From Tubiluchus corallicola (lineage: Eukaryota; Animalia; Priapulida): a DNA stretch of 64,000 nt. The notes beneath the pieces are model-generated. The model ran no database searches. It was given only the letters and a program-made list of their open reading frames with translations, and was not told where the DNA came from. This document shows, one piece after another, positions 26,361 through 40,198 of this stretch; positions within the stretch are counted from its first letter, which is position 1, and each line of letters opens with the position of its first letter. Location of the stretch: NCBI GenBank assembly GCA_030141605.1, contig JAQGDQ010000109.1, forward strand, positions 1 through 64,000, read 5' to 3'. Position numbers and translations under genes: made by a program.

Positions 26361-27829
26361 CGTACACCATATACGCGCACGTGCGCGTAAGTAAAAATGT
26401 AATAAAACTGCTGTATTTAGAAATAAGAACACACAGGGGGTTCGACCTGACGTGATTCTGCTACAAAACATCAAAACAGTAAACGTCTTGGTCATAGTGA
26501 AAATCATAAACTTTTGCTGCTGCAGTGCAATACGCAATGGCACTTACCAAACTGAAACAAGCGAGTTACCGGGTATACTTGTGAAAGCAGCTTACCAGCT
26601 TGTTAAGCAAACTTTTTACAAATGTTTGGTAAAAGTGGGTGCTAATCATAACCTTCACTATGTTTTACAATTAAGCAATATCTGTGTCGAGTGTGTTGCC
26701 TTTTGGCCGGCCTTGCTAGTTTGGTTGTTTTTATACTTGGTGGTTGATTAGTAGGTTATTTGGTTGATTAGTTGCTTGTTGGTAGGTTTGTTGGTTGGTT
26801 GATTGGTTGGCTGGTTGGTCGGCTGGTTGGTCGGTTGGTTGATCGGATCGCTATTTATGGCCAATTCGCTTGTTCGCCAGCTGACCTGATGTCTAATTAA
26901 TTGATTTATTAACTGGCTGTTGGTCAAGAGTTTGTCTTGCTGATAGCTTGCAAAATCGTGGTATCGACGTAACGTGCGGGTAATAATAATCGGTATCACC
27001 TTAGAAATAAGCATTTAGATACTTAAGGTGTTATCCCTGGACTATGTCTTAAAGGAAATTATTATTATTATTATAGTGGATGGAAGGATTGACCGACTAA
27101 TCAAGCAACTTTGCTACTAAGAACATGGTACATCTCAAGGAGCTACATTTGACGGGTGACAGTAGGGATACTAAAGACAGACAGGGCTCATAAGTGGCAG
27201 TAGCTCTTTTTGGTCCAGTTTATGCATTTCTTCACACTGACATTGCACGGTTACATACCTTGTATTATTACCTACTAACCTTCACAAGCACCCACGAAAA
27301 TGCAGAGAAATATGACGACGTTTATTATAGAAGTTCATCAAATATAACATTGTGGTTGTCCATTAAGGTTTCCTGCAGCTGCTAGATAGTAGCCAGTAGT
27401 TTAGGATCTTACCCGAAGATTAATAGACAGTTTCCTGGCATCATCATCATCATCATCATGCAGAAGTCAGCTTATTAGGCTTATACGATTCATGTAGCGT
27501 ATGCATGTTAATAACAATGTTAGGTTGGTTAGGTTGGAGGAGGAAGCAAGCAGGGTGTAATCTGTTGTAGTTAACGAGGACAAAGACGTACATCCATTAT
27601 TCAATATGAAGTGCGACATAAATTTAGTCAGCTTCAAGACGCTAAAAATGTTTCTGTGTCCAAGAAGCAATGTTGCTTTTATCTTTAAAACAAAAGTAAT
27701 AGGGCCTATTCATAGTAATAGGGCAAGATTCATTAAATAAGGCTTCTTCACCTCTCCATTGTCTGCCATTCCTTCCACTCCCGTCACGTCCTCTCTGATC
27801 TCCACCCCTATCCTCTCTTCTCCTGTCAT

Positions 27830-28052
27830 CTCTTCTCTTCTTTTCTCCTCTCCTCTCCTCTCCTCTCCTCTTCCCTTCCCTTCCCTTCCCTTCCCTTCCC
27901 TTCCCTTCCCTTCCCTTCCCTTCCCTTCCCTTCCCTTCCCTTCCCTTCCCTTCCCTTCCCTTCCCTTCTCTTCTCTTCTCTTCTCTTCTCTTCTCTTCTC
28001 TTCTCTTCTCTTCTCTTCTCTTCTCTTCTCTTCTCTTCTCCTCTCTCTTCTC
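27830..28052. repeat. Pentamer pyrimidine tract (CCCTT)n/(CTCTT)n
   Basis: Directly visible. Confidence 0.95.
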
Positions 28053-29570
28053 TGTTCCGCTTCTGTCCTCTCCTTCTCTCTTTTCATATATACTTCGTAT
28101 TTAGTGCATCATATGGCAAATAATGTCAGGAATGACCAAGCTTTAGGGATACCAAATTCAGAAACAGTAAATAGCATAAATTCCGTAAACGTGCGTTGTA
28201 AAGTTTGCTTTTCACGTAACTTTCTTGTGATGTTTTCTGAGCGCATTGAAAACCGGTTTAAACCAGAATCCGAACAGCAAACAAAAACTCTTGTTATCTC
28301 GACGCATAAATTTACCAGCCGCCTCTTTCACACGCGGTCCACAAAGCCTTTGAGGCTTCAACTTAAATGATCACTAATGTAACCGATGGACGAACATCAA
28401 TTTCAGCAAGCTGTAAATTTCTTTCGACAAAGGAAAGAATGAATTTTATTTAGAAAGCCATTGCCAAACAATTGCATGTTTTATGCTTTCATTATAACGT
28501 GCTTTTTGTGCACAATGTATAGAAATAATTTACAGAAAGAATGACTCGTAGATACATAATTTATTCATCGAAATGCTAAATAATTCGAAATGAGAAAAAA
28601 CTAAAAAAGAAGATTTGTGACATGACGGAGACACAAATTCTAAGCTGCGAATTTTAGGTAGAGTTTTATCACAAGCTGAAAACTCAGTTTTAGGATTCAG
28701 TTGTTTGACATCTTAACTGTCATAGCAGTCATATAAGATTAAAACAGCGCATAGGTCCCAAACCTTTTTCAGTGTACTCTACTTTTTTCCTTTTTTTGTA
28801 AAGGCGGAAAAAGGGTCAGTTTTTTTACACTTCCAATTCTTTAAACAGTAAATAAACTTAATACAACAGGTTCAGCCTACGCAGCTTAACGCATGCGCAG
28901 ATGATTACATCTTCTTACGGAAGACGGAAGTTTAATAGAAAGAGATACACACGGTGATGACTCTCTAGAGTTTTGAAGAAATTATTGTTTAATTTTCTTA
29001 TGGGGTACTAGAAAAAGTTCAGACAACAAGCATACCTGTACAGTTATCTGTACAGGTAACAACAAAGCACTAGAAAGTAACCTGTTCAGTTAGTAAGAAC
29101 GTCTAATCACAAATCAAATAGCTGTAAATACCCGATACTTTGTAATAGTCTTAATAGTAACTACAGTTACTACAAGAGTAAATAACTAGAGAAAAACTAG
29201 ACATTTTTTATTTTTTTAAACGTTACTAATGTTTGAAGAAACCGTTTAAAAGTTTGATTTTTGCCCTAGCCAATTTCAAGCTCGTAATTCCTGTTCCCTG
29301 TTTCGTCATTAATGTAAGTAAAATTGACAGGTATATTAAACGAGTTTTCTAATCAAGATGTCAGAATGAAAATCATGATTCAAATCCACGAAGGATTCAG
29401 TTTTTATTAATTGCTTAGCCTTTATTTTTATTAAATTTTAATAAATTGTAATAATAATCACCAATTAATCCATATCATAGAAAATGTGATAACAATTTTC
29501 TAACACATCTAGTTAAATAATTCACTAAACCCAGGAACTATTAATACTGTAAATACTCAAGCGATAACAA

Positions 29571-29669
29571 TGACGTCAGTCGTGGAGTCTCGTGTGTTTC
29601 GAAATCACGCTATTGTCATCGTTCTATTTTCCGTGCGCCACTGTAACAAAAATCTCAGCAATGACGTCA
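29571..29669. promoter_or_regulatory. Pair of perfect CRE palindromes
   Basis: TGACGTCA at 29571-29578 and 29662-29669, both preceded by CAA; a third at 31528-31535. Function is inferred only. Confidence 0.35.
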
Positions 29670-30317
29670 TAACTTTCTATCTTTACAGTTTATTATGGCG
29701 TCATCGTTTTATTTAGGGTTGGAAAACCACAAAGGACTTAATCAAAATTGTGTTAAGAGTGATTGTTGCAGTGAATCTCCCGTTTGGCCCTGATTTCCCA
29801 CTGCTTACACCTGCAGCTGTAAAGCATTTTTATGTGGGATCTAATACGTAACCTCAGAAGACTTAATTTGCTGAGACTTGAAACGAATGATAGTCGAAAC
29901 ACACAATAGCGTATTCAGCGGCGCAGGAAGGGGGTTGGTCGCCCTGGGCAGTATTTATTCCCAACGAAAATATGAAACACTGAACAACAAGATGTTTAAC
30001 TTTCTGACTTTTCAAATTGCGAAGTCCCTTACGCTCTCTTCAACATCAAATGATTCGGTATATTTTCTTTCAATAGAAAGAATCGTTAAGTTAGTGTAAG
30101 TTAATTATAATTATCTTAGATTATCTCCAGAGACGGTGACAAAAAATTAGGAAATTTTAAAATTATAACAAATAGCAACATTATGCAGTTTTCGATTCAA
30201 TGTCAACCGTCTACATAAAGTAAATATATAAAAAGAAACCAACTATATATTTGTAAGTAAGCATAGTTAGTTATAACCTAGTAAGTTCATTTTTGCAGTA
30301 AAGTAAAGAACAATAAA

Positions 30318-30706
30318 ATAAGCATTTCCACTGTTCCAGTGATTGTCGATGATCGCGAAAAGTCAAAAGTTAAGTGTACCAGACAACGCATTTGTGTACC
30401 CTTGACAACGCCTCGTAGCCCATTCTGTTGTAATAGTAATAGATTTAATATGTTTTAACAGCTAGCCAGAACCTTGCCTAGTTCATTTTCTTGTTCCCAA
30501 GCAAGATCCTGCTAGTAGATCACTCTATGCACAGACTAGTGCATAAGTAAAGTCCAGTTAAAACACTGAAGTTACTGAACTGATGCGGCAGACGGCTTGG
30601 CTTTACTCACACGTCAGGCTGTAGTTAAGACACGTTGCTGTGGTACACTTAACCTTTGGCCTGAAACAACTGCGCGTGCGCACAACGACACTGTGAAAAG
30701 GCTTAT
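30318..30706. mobile_element. MITE family B (inverted copy at about 37285-37598)
   Basis: Ends ATAAGCATTTCCACTGT / ACACTGTGAAAAGGCTTAT; internal inverted repeat AGTTAAGTGTACCA / TGGTACACTTAACC; the interior CTTGTTCCCAAGCAA...TACTGAACTGATGCGG is found inverted at 37.3-37.5 kb. Confidence 0.65.
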
Positions 30707-32237
30707 AATGAAAAGCTTTACAATTTGGCACAACGGTACCTGGAAGTCTTACACGTAGATTCAATAACTTATTTTTGCATTTTACAGACAGTAATGTTTG
30801 GCGAAACTAGTAAGAATGTTATAGTTATACATAGGCTAGTTGCAATAAATAAACTCTTGCCCGATGTTCACGTAATGGTATTACAAACCCATTTTGAATT
30901 AAATTTAACACTAAACTTGACAGGAAATGTGCAAAACTTATTCAGCCTGGATTTGAACTAGAGACTTTCTGCTTACAAGCCAGACACCTTAGATCAGTAG
31001 GTCACCGCATCCCAATGATCAAGACACCCCTAAGTTCATCCGTTATAGCTAGCCTACCAGAAGAACTTTGAACTGCTTTGATCACTGGGGATAAGGCGGC
31101 CTAATTTATTGTATGCAAGTTTGTGTCCATGTCACAAGATGTTCTACAATGTCGTTTGCATGGGATGGGAAACAGTGTCAAACGCTTTTTAAAATCTATA
31201 TGTATATATAGCATGTGCTATATTGCCATTGTCTGTAGCTAAACCAAAGTCATATAAACATTCAAGTAATTGAGTTGTAGTGGGTCGCTTAGATAAAAAG
31301 CCCTGTTGCTCGTTTGAGAATAAACCTTAACATTTTGAAAAGTGAAGCATAATATCAGCAACCCGCACTTCAATTAATTTACAGCTTACACATTTCCCTT
31401 CTTTTGAATAGGTATAGCTTCATCAAGTTTCCAAACATCAGGTAATGCGCCATCTATAAGCGACTTTTGAAAGATATAAGACAATGGAAGACATACATTA
31501 TTCATCTTTTTTTAAATATCGCTGGTATGACGTCAGGAGTATGGCTTCAGTTTACGTTTCGTTTTTTTAATTACAGCAGGCGAGAACTCATCAAATGACA
31601 AGCATTCATTATCTGGTACTTTACTTTCAATAGCAGGGCATATTCCAACAAATATGCTTGTTGTTGGAGGGATTCCAACAAAACGGGACTCAGAGCATTT
31701 ATTTAAAAAAATTAGCTTTATCATCTGTAATATCCGGCCAGTGTCATTTTTAAAGGGGATACCCTATTATCATTACATAGACCAAAAGGCTGTTGAGATC
31801 TCCTTTATTCAAAACTTTCTTTTCACGATGTTTACGCAGTTTTTTGTTACTTTTTTGAACTCTTCGTTTGCAGCGTCATGCTCAGTTTTTAGATTCTCCG
31901 AATCTTGTTTTCGGAGGGGTGATCAACTTTTTAATTGTTGCAATATGGTTTAAGAAAGCATTTGGTAGGTACGTAAGTTTCAATAGTAGTCATAACGCCG
32001 TTTATAAAAACGTTCCACATTTCATCCACATAGAACAGACCAGTTAAAACGTAATAATGCATTTGATAGAGCATTTGGTTTTGTTAATTGATTTTTTTTA
32101 AGTTTAAGAGGTAAAATTTAAGACGAGGCTTTATGCAATCAGTTTTTTGCAACGTGTTGGGCAATAAATTCTATGAATCTAAGATAATTATTATTAATTG
32201 ATGCGCTTCGACGGTTTGTGGAAAACGTGCTATTATC

Positions 32238-32478
32238 TGTTTCCATTTTCGTTTCCACTGTTGCATGTTTCCACTATTGTTTGTTTCCACCATTGTTTGC
32301 TTGCACTGTTGTTTGTTTCCACTATTGTTTGTTTCCACTATTGATTGTTTCCACTGTTGTTTGGTTCCACTATTGTATGTTTCCACTATTGTTTGTTTCT
32401 ACTATTGTCTGTTTCCACTATTGTTTGTTTCCACTGTTGTTTGTTTCCACTATTGATTGTTTCTACTTTTAGTTAGAC
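32238..32478. repeat. 16-bp tandem array, possibly a Mutator/foldback-type TIR end
   Basis: GTTTCCACTATTGTTT about 14 times, ending ...AGTTAGACC. Confidence 0.75.
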
Positions 32479-32811
32479 CAAATTAAAATACAACCGATGA
32501 ACAGGCGGTGAAAGAAAGAGTATAGAACAGTGATCGTGTGTGAGCAAGAGGCTGTACTCCCTGGCTTCGTTCTCGGTTTTCACCCAGTTTGCGTAGTATT
32601 CAATACACTATTTTGTGATAAAAGATGTTTTCAATAGACTGTCAACTAGTGTTGGTTAGATCCACGTTGAATGATTTGCACATCCATCAGGACAGATATA
32701 CTTACAAGCTGAATTGACCAGATGATTGCGATCGCATCTCTATGCAGATTTTTCTTGATTTTTCAAACAAACATTTCAATACGACAATCAATCAGGAATT
32801 TTTGCATCCGC

Positions 32812-32862
32812 TGCGGTCATGTGACCGCATCAGGAATCGTATCACGTGATTTTCACGTGACA
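32812..32862. promoter_or_regulatory. Cluster of palindromic E-boxes
   Basis: TGCGGTCATGTGACCGCA, ATCACGTGAT and TCACGTGAC within 50 bp; ATTGG about 65 bp downstream. Confidence 0.3.
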
Positions 32863-33483
32863 GTAAGAGGAGATGTTTAATCAGGTAACGCGCCGTCAAA
32901 TAAGTTCAAACTTCGAATTTCGAGTTGATTGGTGCAGTTAGCTTTTGAATATTTCACCTGTATTACTGTTATCACTGTTATTCACTACCCACAATACCTG
33001 GAACTCAAAGAGACCAACTCTTTTCGTATAAGTGAGCAGGATTTAGTTCCCCATGAATGTTTACGTTTATATAATTTTCATTGGAAGATGATGAGAAAAT
33101 AACCAAGTGGTCACGGTGTATTCTTAGCAATCGAAATTAAGCGGGTTCTGATACCACTTGGAAATTGGAAATTTGCTTTTGGCTGGTTTCAGGTCACAGC
33201 TGTATTGAATTATTAGGTACAGTGCACTGCCTGCAGTTGCAAAACCAGTAAATTTCTTTCTAAACCACCAAAATTTGTTTAAAATTTGTGATCACTTTAT
33301 CTACGCTGCATAAAAATTCTACAGATATACATACAATTTTTTGTTTCATCTGGCTGACTGACGTTAGTTGGCAATCTTTATACATTGTTTAGCAACCTAG
33401 GCAATGACGTAAATACTGACAAAGGCGACACTGACGACAATGATGAAGGTGACAACGTTGGTAACAATAACGAAAGTGGTGAA

Positions 33484-33526
33484 ATGATGATGATGATGAC
33501 GTCGGTGATGATGATGTTAGTGATGA

Positions 33527-33560
<34 letters not shown>

Positions 33561-33640
33561 GGTGGTGGTGATGATGATGGTGATGCTGATGATGATAGTG
33601 ATGAAGATGACGACGACGACGACGAAGACGGCGACGACGG
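33484..33640. repeat. (GAT)/(GGT)/(GAC) microsatellite
   Basis: Directly visible. Confidence 0.9.
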
Positions 33641-35419
33641 TAGTAAATCAGTTTAGTGACGATGAACCCATATTCTGGGAGACAAAAAAATGACCCGGTA
33701 CACTACGGGGCGAAAACTGAAATAATTCGTCTACAAGTTTAGTTCTAATACCTAATTTGCGTCTATATGCTGTTTGCGCAAAAGGTGACCATGTTCTTGG
33801 TCAATTAATGCAATAAGCTATGTAGCAGAGTAGAGGGCGTAGACTGAAATAAATCCGTCCCCAATGTTAGATTTAATGTCTATTTTACAGAAATCTGCTT
33901 CAGCTTATAGGCAGGTGATAGTAGCCCATCGTGTGATTAATCATATAATAACAGTTTATTGCTTTGCCGTCCAGGTAAATCAGAAGTCAGTTAAAAGTGG
34001 AAGCAACATTTTTGCTTGGGTGAGAAGCTGTCGCGCGCATTGCACTACAAGGTAAAATAAAACGGTAAATGGTCAGTACTTGCGGAGCAATGAAGCCAAA
34101 AATTTGGATATGAGTATATTAATACGAGGTAATAATAGACCAGTTCACTTCTAATAATAGTGTAATCGTTAGCAGTTTTCAAGCAGAGCCAGATTCTGGT
34201 TGGGTTCGAATTCTGATTGGGTCATAATTTTTCAAAGCCTTCCTCCTTCTAAATTCATTTGTTCATTACTTTTGTATTGGGACCCGGAGCCGTTTTTTCC
34301 GCGCTAAGGACCTTAATGGAAGCTTATTAGTTAATGTTGTTTTCTTTTCCATGGATAGATGGCTCTGACTGTCTGTGTGCTAAATAGCTTGAAAATTCAG
34401 ACTGTTTTAGCAATGCATGTTGATAGTTCATGTCAACAGAGCAGGTATCACAAGGGTGGGTTCGAATCGTGGTTAACACAGTTTTTCAGATCTTTTCTCC
34501 TTAATTTGACCACTGATTACACGGTTTTCTATTTACGCTATACAGATGTTTGTAATATTACATAAATTGTAAAATTTTAACCAATCTGTTTAAAAGTACA
34601 TTCACCCTTCTTACCACGTTCATCCACATTTCTAAGTTAATATTTTGTAAGCTAATATCTAAATCGAAGTGGTTTTGGTTTGTGGAATCGGTTTCGAGTT
34701 TCTGTCGCTATTTGTCATTAAAGGTTTCTGCATTTCATCAAATACTCGCTAGGAAAAAGCTTTGGATTAAAATGGATTGCCATCACGAGCTTAAGGAGAT
34801 TTGCCTCGTCTTTTTATGCAAATTCCGCGCATGGGATATTTGCTGGGATTCACCACGTCCTATAATTATGATGGCGCGTTTGTCTGTGTGCGAATTCGAC
34901 ATTTACAAATACAGAAATTGATTTTGGGTTGTCCTGGAAAAAAGTTTTCCCCAATTTTGTTAGTTTGTCGTCATGTATTGGATGTCACTATTGTGCTGAA
35001 AGTGTTAATAATAAAACTTCAACTAGTGTGTGCCGCACATTATGTACAATAACTTCTCCATTTGCAGGCGTGTATATTCATGTTATCAAAATTATGAATA
35101 CAAAATCAGTTAAAATCATTTTTCGTATAAAATGCTCACATAATTTAAAATACACCAAGTGCACATTTATTCAGAAATGTCTTTAAAAACTCTAACAGTT
35201 AATCTATTTCATTTTACATTAAATTTAAGTTACTTCATTTCACTTTAATCAGCTAAAATCATATTTCATATTTACATAATTTACATAATATTGCATTTGG
35301 TGCAAATGTTTCTAGCATAGTTTTTGTGATTATCTTGCCCAGGCAAAGTGTCTGTGCCTCATTAAGAGTTCTGCCTCGTTAAGGCATCCAGTTCCCGCCA
35401 AATCCACGAAAATCACCTA

Positions 35420-35610
35420 TATTATTATATAATGTCGACATTCCCGCCTCTATTTCTAGTTTTCGCCAAAAGTAATAGAAGATGGGAGTTTCTATTTATA
35501 CCATCAGATTGCCTTTTATTATTATATAATGTCGACATTCCCGTCTCTATTTCTAGTTTTTGTCAAAAGTAATAGAAGATGGGAGCTTCTATTTATACCA
35601 TCAGATTGCC
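35420..35610. repeat. 97-bp tandem duplication
   Basis: TATTATTATATAATGTCGACATTCCCG...ATACCATCAGATTGCC occurs twice. Confidence 0.92.
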
Positions 35611-36004
35611 CGTCACTTCATGAATCGATTGTATAACTTGTGCCACTCATATGCACTAGTTTGGTTTTAAAATCCATCAAATATTACCGACTGAAATGTA
35701 TAGACATCAATTCGCAAACCACGTGACCAACGGGAGAGTTAACATGAGGTTTTTGGCACTGGCAGACATTAATGAGTTCGATTGGAATTATGGGTCGAGG
35801 GACTCACTTAGCTTGTTATCTTTAGCGAGGTGGCGGAACCTTGCATTTTTGTAAAGTGGAGTTATCGTCGGCTTGTTGAATGCAAGTTCGCAGATCGAAA
35901 ATCTATCTTCGTGTTCGGTGCGGAATTTGTTCAAGTATAATGCAGTTTCTTGACGATCTACTGCGAATTAATGAACCATTAGGCTTTTTCAAAAGGCTAT
36001 CTCC

Positions 36005-36248
36005 CAACAACGACAACGATAACAGCAACAAAGACAACATCGACAACGACAACGACAACCACACCCACAATCACTGAAACTGCAACATCAGCAGCAATAG
36101 CGACAGCAGTAACAGTAGCAACAACAACAACGACAACGACAACGACAGTTACATCGGAAACGACAACGACAACGACAACGGCAACGGCAACAACAGTAAC
36201 AGCAGTAGCAGCGTCAGCAACAAAAAAACAACAACAACAACAACAACA
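36005..36248. repeat. Degenerate (CAA/CGA/CAG)n microsatellite
   Basis: Directly visible. Confidence 0.85.
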
Positions 36249-37036
36249 CTCAGATGAGTAGCGATTTGGGCCGACGTTTCGACCAAAAAGATAGATTTGC
36301 GTGATACCAGTTTGGGCGTTTTTCATACTTAAGAAGAAGAACGATTTAATTCCATCGTTCGTCTATCGTTTCTGTTTGATCCAAACAAAATTTATAGGAC
36401 TAGTTCATTTGAACTAGTTTCGTTGAAGTGATAAAGATGATCATCATGTACCTAAGATGTAGAGAACGCATATGAGCAATGCTTATATTATTTTATTCCA
36501 AAGTTTGAGAACGCTTTTAGGCAAGGGGTAACTGAAAAATGACGTTATATATTCAATTATCTTTTAAAAGATAATAAAACGTTCTGCCTTGCGGTAATCG
36601 TACATCACTAAGTTCATTTAGCTTAGCATTATTATATACACTACTATAAGCATACGAAAGAGCATGTGCACATGAACAAACGTATTCACAAAGTGAATGA
36701 AGCAGTCACGTATCCCTTGTGCATAAGGTAAGTCAATACGTTAAATTTAAACCCGTAGTATTTATGCTTATTATGATTATCTTACTACATGTAATAGACC
36801 CGATTTAAGCAACGAGAACGTACTCAAACTCAAAATTAAATGACACATCATGGAGACTAAAAAAACTGGTTGTTGCTTGCTGTTAACATTAAGTTACTTT
36901 ACTGCACTAGGGATAAGAATATTCAAAAGTCTATTAGTTTTACAAAGATTTCAGTTTCTCAAAATTTGATGCAAGAGGGTGGGATGAATCATTAAGTCTA
37001 TTAAAATATTTTTACATGTTCGCCTAGCTTTAAAGC

Positions 37037-37598
37037 AAAGCCGGACCCTATCTGAACCTGTAGCACAAAACAATCTACTCTTTAAATTATTAAGGAAAAC
37101 ATACTGTTTTTTTTTCAAAAATGACTAACGTAAAAGAATTATTACCACACAAACACAATTTCACTAGTTCTTCGCTGTTACATGCATTTCGCCATTCGCT
37201 GGTTAGACGGGCACTAGCGCCTGCATTTCGGAAACGCATTGCACAAAAACAGGTACTGTACCTGTCAGTTTAGATGAGGAGTTTTAACTATAACCGCCAT
37301 GTGACATGTGTGTAAAGCGAAACCGTCTACCGCATCAGTTCAGTAACATCAGTGGCTTTACGTGGACTTTACTTAGTTATGCATTAGTCTGTGGGTAGAA
37401 TGATTTACTAGCAGGATTTTGCTTGGGAACAAGAAAAAATGAACTAGGCAAGATTCTAGCTAGCTGCTAAAACTGTTACTGTTACAATAGCATGTGATGC
37501 AATACCTAATCAAATGTACACAAATATGGCGTCTGGTTCACTTAACCTTTGACTTTTACACGATCATCATCAATCGCTGAAACTGTGAAAGGCTTATT
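37037..37598. mobile_element. Family A copy abutting an inverted family B copy
   Basis: 37037-37275 matches 4655-4900; 37285-37598 is the reverse complement of 30318-30630. Confidence 0.65.
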
Positions 37599-39191
37599 GC
37601 ATTGAGCTATATTTAGTACTACTACATTACTATATTAATATATGCATTGAGGTATATTTAGTACTACTACGTTATTATATTACTATATGCATTGAGCTAT
37701 ATTCAGTATGAACTGAACTTCTAGCTGTTTCAACTGGATTTTGCACTCTAGTAATGTCCACAGAACGTCAAAAGCCTTGTTGATACGATTAACATCTATA
37801 GGCTAAGAACAAACAAAGCAGGACAACTACACAGCTATTTGGGCTGCCCGACTATGTACATAACGGTAATCATCACGAAACTAAACTTAGGAAGCCAATA
37901 TGCGAAACTGACGTTACCTAAAGGCAGCCATTGATACATAAGATACACAGACGCCTGAACGAGAAATGAACTGACTTTGATTTACGCAGTTATTTCTTTA
38001 TAAGTAATATTAAATCAGAGTATAGGATGCAGGGATTCAAAGAAAGCGACTCTGATTTGAATGTTAAAACTGCGTTTTCCAAAATAAACGCATTTTATAG
38101 GTAGGCCTATGTTCGCGTCGAAGAAGCCTCAAAGTTTGTGAATTAAACTGAGGTTAATATGAAAACAATGAGGTATACCGTCCAATAAAGGCTCTGTTTC
38201 ATAAACTATTGTTAAAAAAACAAAATTTGTTCTTTTGTTCTTATTGTTGACAGTTATGTTATCATAATTATGAACAATAACAACGCATTGTTAGAAACAA
38301 TGTTTTAGCTTTGTTATAGAATAGTTTCTCAGCAAAATAAAATTTAAATTCAATAAAATGAGTAACACATTTAGGCTACGAAATGATTGTTTGATTAAAA
38401 CTTTTACCTCGTAATACAATTTGATATGACATTTAGGCCTGGTTGCGAACTCAAGAAGTAGCAGTCTTTTTTTAAGTAACACGTAACAATAAAAACGAGT
38501 AGCAGATTCTTAAAATGTGTAATAGTTGGATAGTGATTTGGACTGTAAAAATATTAGTTATTTTGTATGTCAAAAATTTGTCTGGTAATCTTGAGTTTTT
38601 ATACAATGACTGCCTCCGAAGCATACCTGTATTAAACGTATTGTTTCGGAGGATCGTTTCTCATAAAATAAAATTCCTATTATTAGTGGAAAATAGGATG
38701 GAAAACAGATGGGAGACAAATTGGATTGCAAATTGCAAAGACGATTTTTTATTATGATGATGATAGCTTTACTTAAGAGCAAAGCCCTCAGTGTAACTTT
38801 GGCTTCAGTATTACCATTGCTTCTGATTTATTTTGCAATAACGTCTGTTATTCTGAATGGGCCGGTCATCAACGGAACGCCAGCAGAACATCATTTTAAA
38901 GTCGGCAGTTACGCAATTTTGAGCAAACATCAAAGCAAATTTGACGTTACGACAATGGTGGCTAAGTACGTCGCAAAATTCAATTTCTAATCAATGCGTT
39001 TTATGTCTCGTATGCATGTTCCCATTTAGAAAATATCCTCTGTACTGAAATTATCCACAAAGTAAGCAACAGGCAATAATAAGCTAAAAATTTCTGTGGC
39101 TAGAAGGCAAAATAGCGAGAGGTGAATTTGCTTTGTTTCGTATTGTTTACATTGAAAATTATACTTGAGTCAGCAAACGTGTATTGATACA

Positions 39192-40198
39192 GAATGTAGG
39201 TAAAAATGGCACAGGAAAAATGGCACGGTAAAAATGGCACAGGGAAAAATGGCACGGTAAGAGGCACAAGAAAAATGCCACGGTAAAAGGCAAAAGAAAA
39301 GATGGCACGGTAAAAGGCACAAAAAATGGCACAGGGAAAAATGGCACGTTAGTAATGTATGTGCTTCGGATATAATAAAATGGGGTGTAATTATTTTAGT
39401 TATTTTACCTCTGCCAAGGAAGTTATGCTTCAAAACATTTTGTTTGTGTGTTTGGTTGGTTGTTTTTTGTCTGTTATTACAATAAACCTATTACGCAAAA
39501 ACTGTCTAACAAATTTCCAAGAAACTTTGTGAAGAAAGGTGGGTATAGAGTGCCAAAATGGAAATCTTTTCGCCGGTTCTTTTTTTCGCAAAACTTGACC
39601 GAACACCACGTACAAAAAAGTTCGTTAAGCACTTCATACAGGTCTCAGAGTGAGTATTTATTATATCCACTAGGACAAACAACTACGAGTTACTTTGAGG
39701 TTCCGTTTCCAGAAAATCTCGCTTGTTAAACTGTGTAACGCTGTCTATATACTTTGTTTATTAATGTATATAGCCCTATAAGGTGACTTGGTACGTATAT
39801 ATTTGTCAGTCTATTACCAAAATTAATGGTGAAAAAGGTAAATAAACGCTATATGGAACATTCGTGCATTACTGATTATGAATCCATTTAATGAACAAAT
39901 ATTTTGTGAGTCTTTTGCTGGTCTATATAACACCAATTTTTTTAATCAAAATAGTCAGACCAAAAAGATTAGCATTGTTCGGCTTTGGCAGAGATCTGCT
40001 TTCTACAGAGCGCATTCCTACTGAGCTTTTTATTATAAAAATCATTTACATCAAAATAACATATAAGCCATTTTCCAGTGCCATTTTTACCTACTTTTCC
40101 ATTTGTGCCATTTTTAATGTGCCATTTTCTCCTGTGCCATTTTTACCGTGCCATTTTTTCCTGTGCCATTTTTTCCTGTGCCATTTTTACTTCGCACC
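39192..40198. mobile_element. Non-autonomous Mutator-like (MULE/foldback) element, about 1 kb
   Basis: Perfect 9-bp TSD ATTGATACA (39183-39191, 40199-40207); G...C termini; TIRs built of tandem AAAAATGGCAC (left) and GTGCCATTTTT (right). Confidence 0.85.

Noticed and set aside
30945-31060. tRNA-like sequences (also at about 8265, 15400, 34200, 34460 and 44800)
   Set aside because: Only degenerate B-box or anticodon-arm remnants with no full cloverleaf; best explained as SINE/MITE debris.
31560-32060. Coding-like minus-strand fragments (VDEMWNVFINGVMTTIETYVPTK; EEFKKSNKKLRKHREKK)
   Set aside because: Short, interrupted by stops and adjacent to TE ends; probably LINE/MULE debris, too weak to classify.
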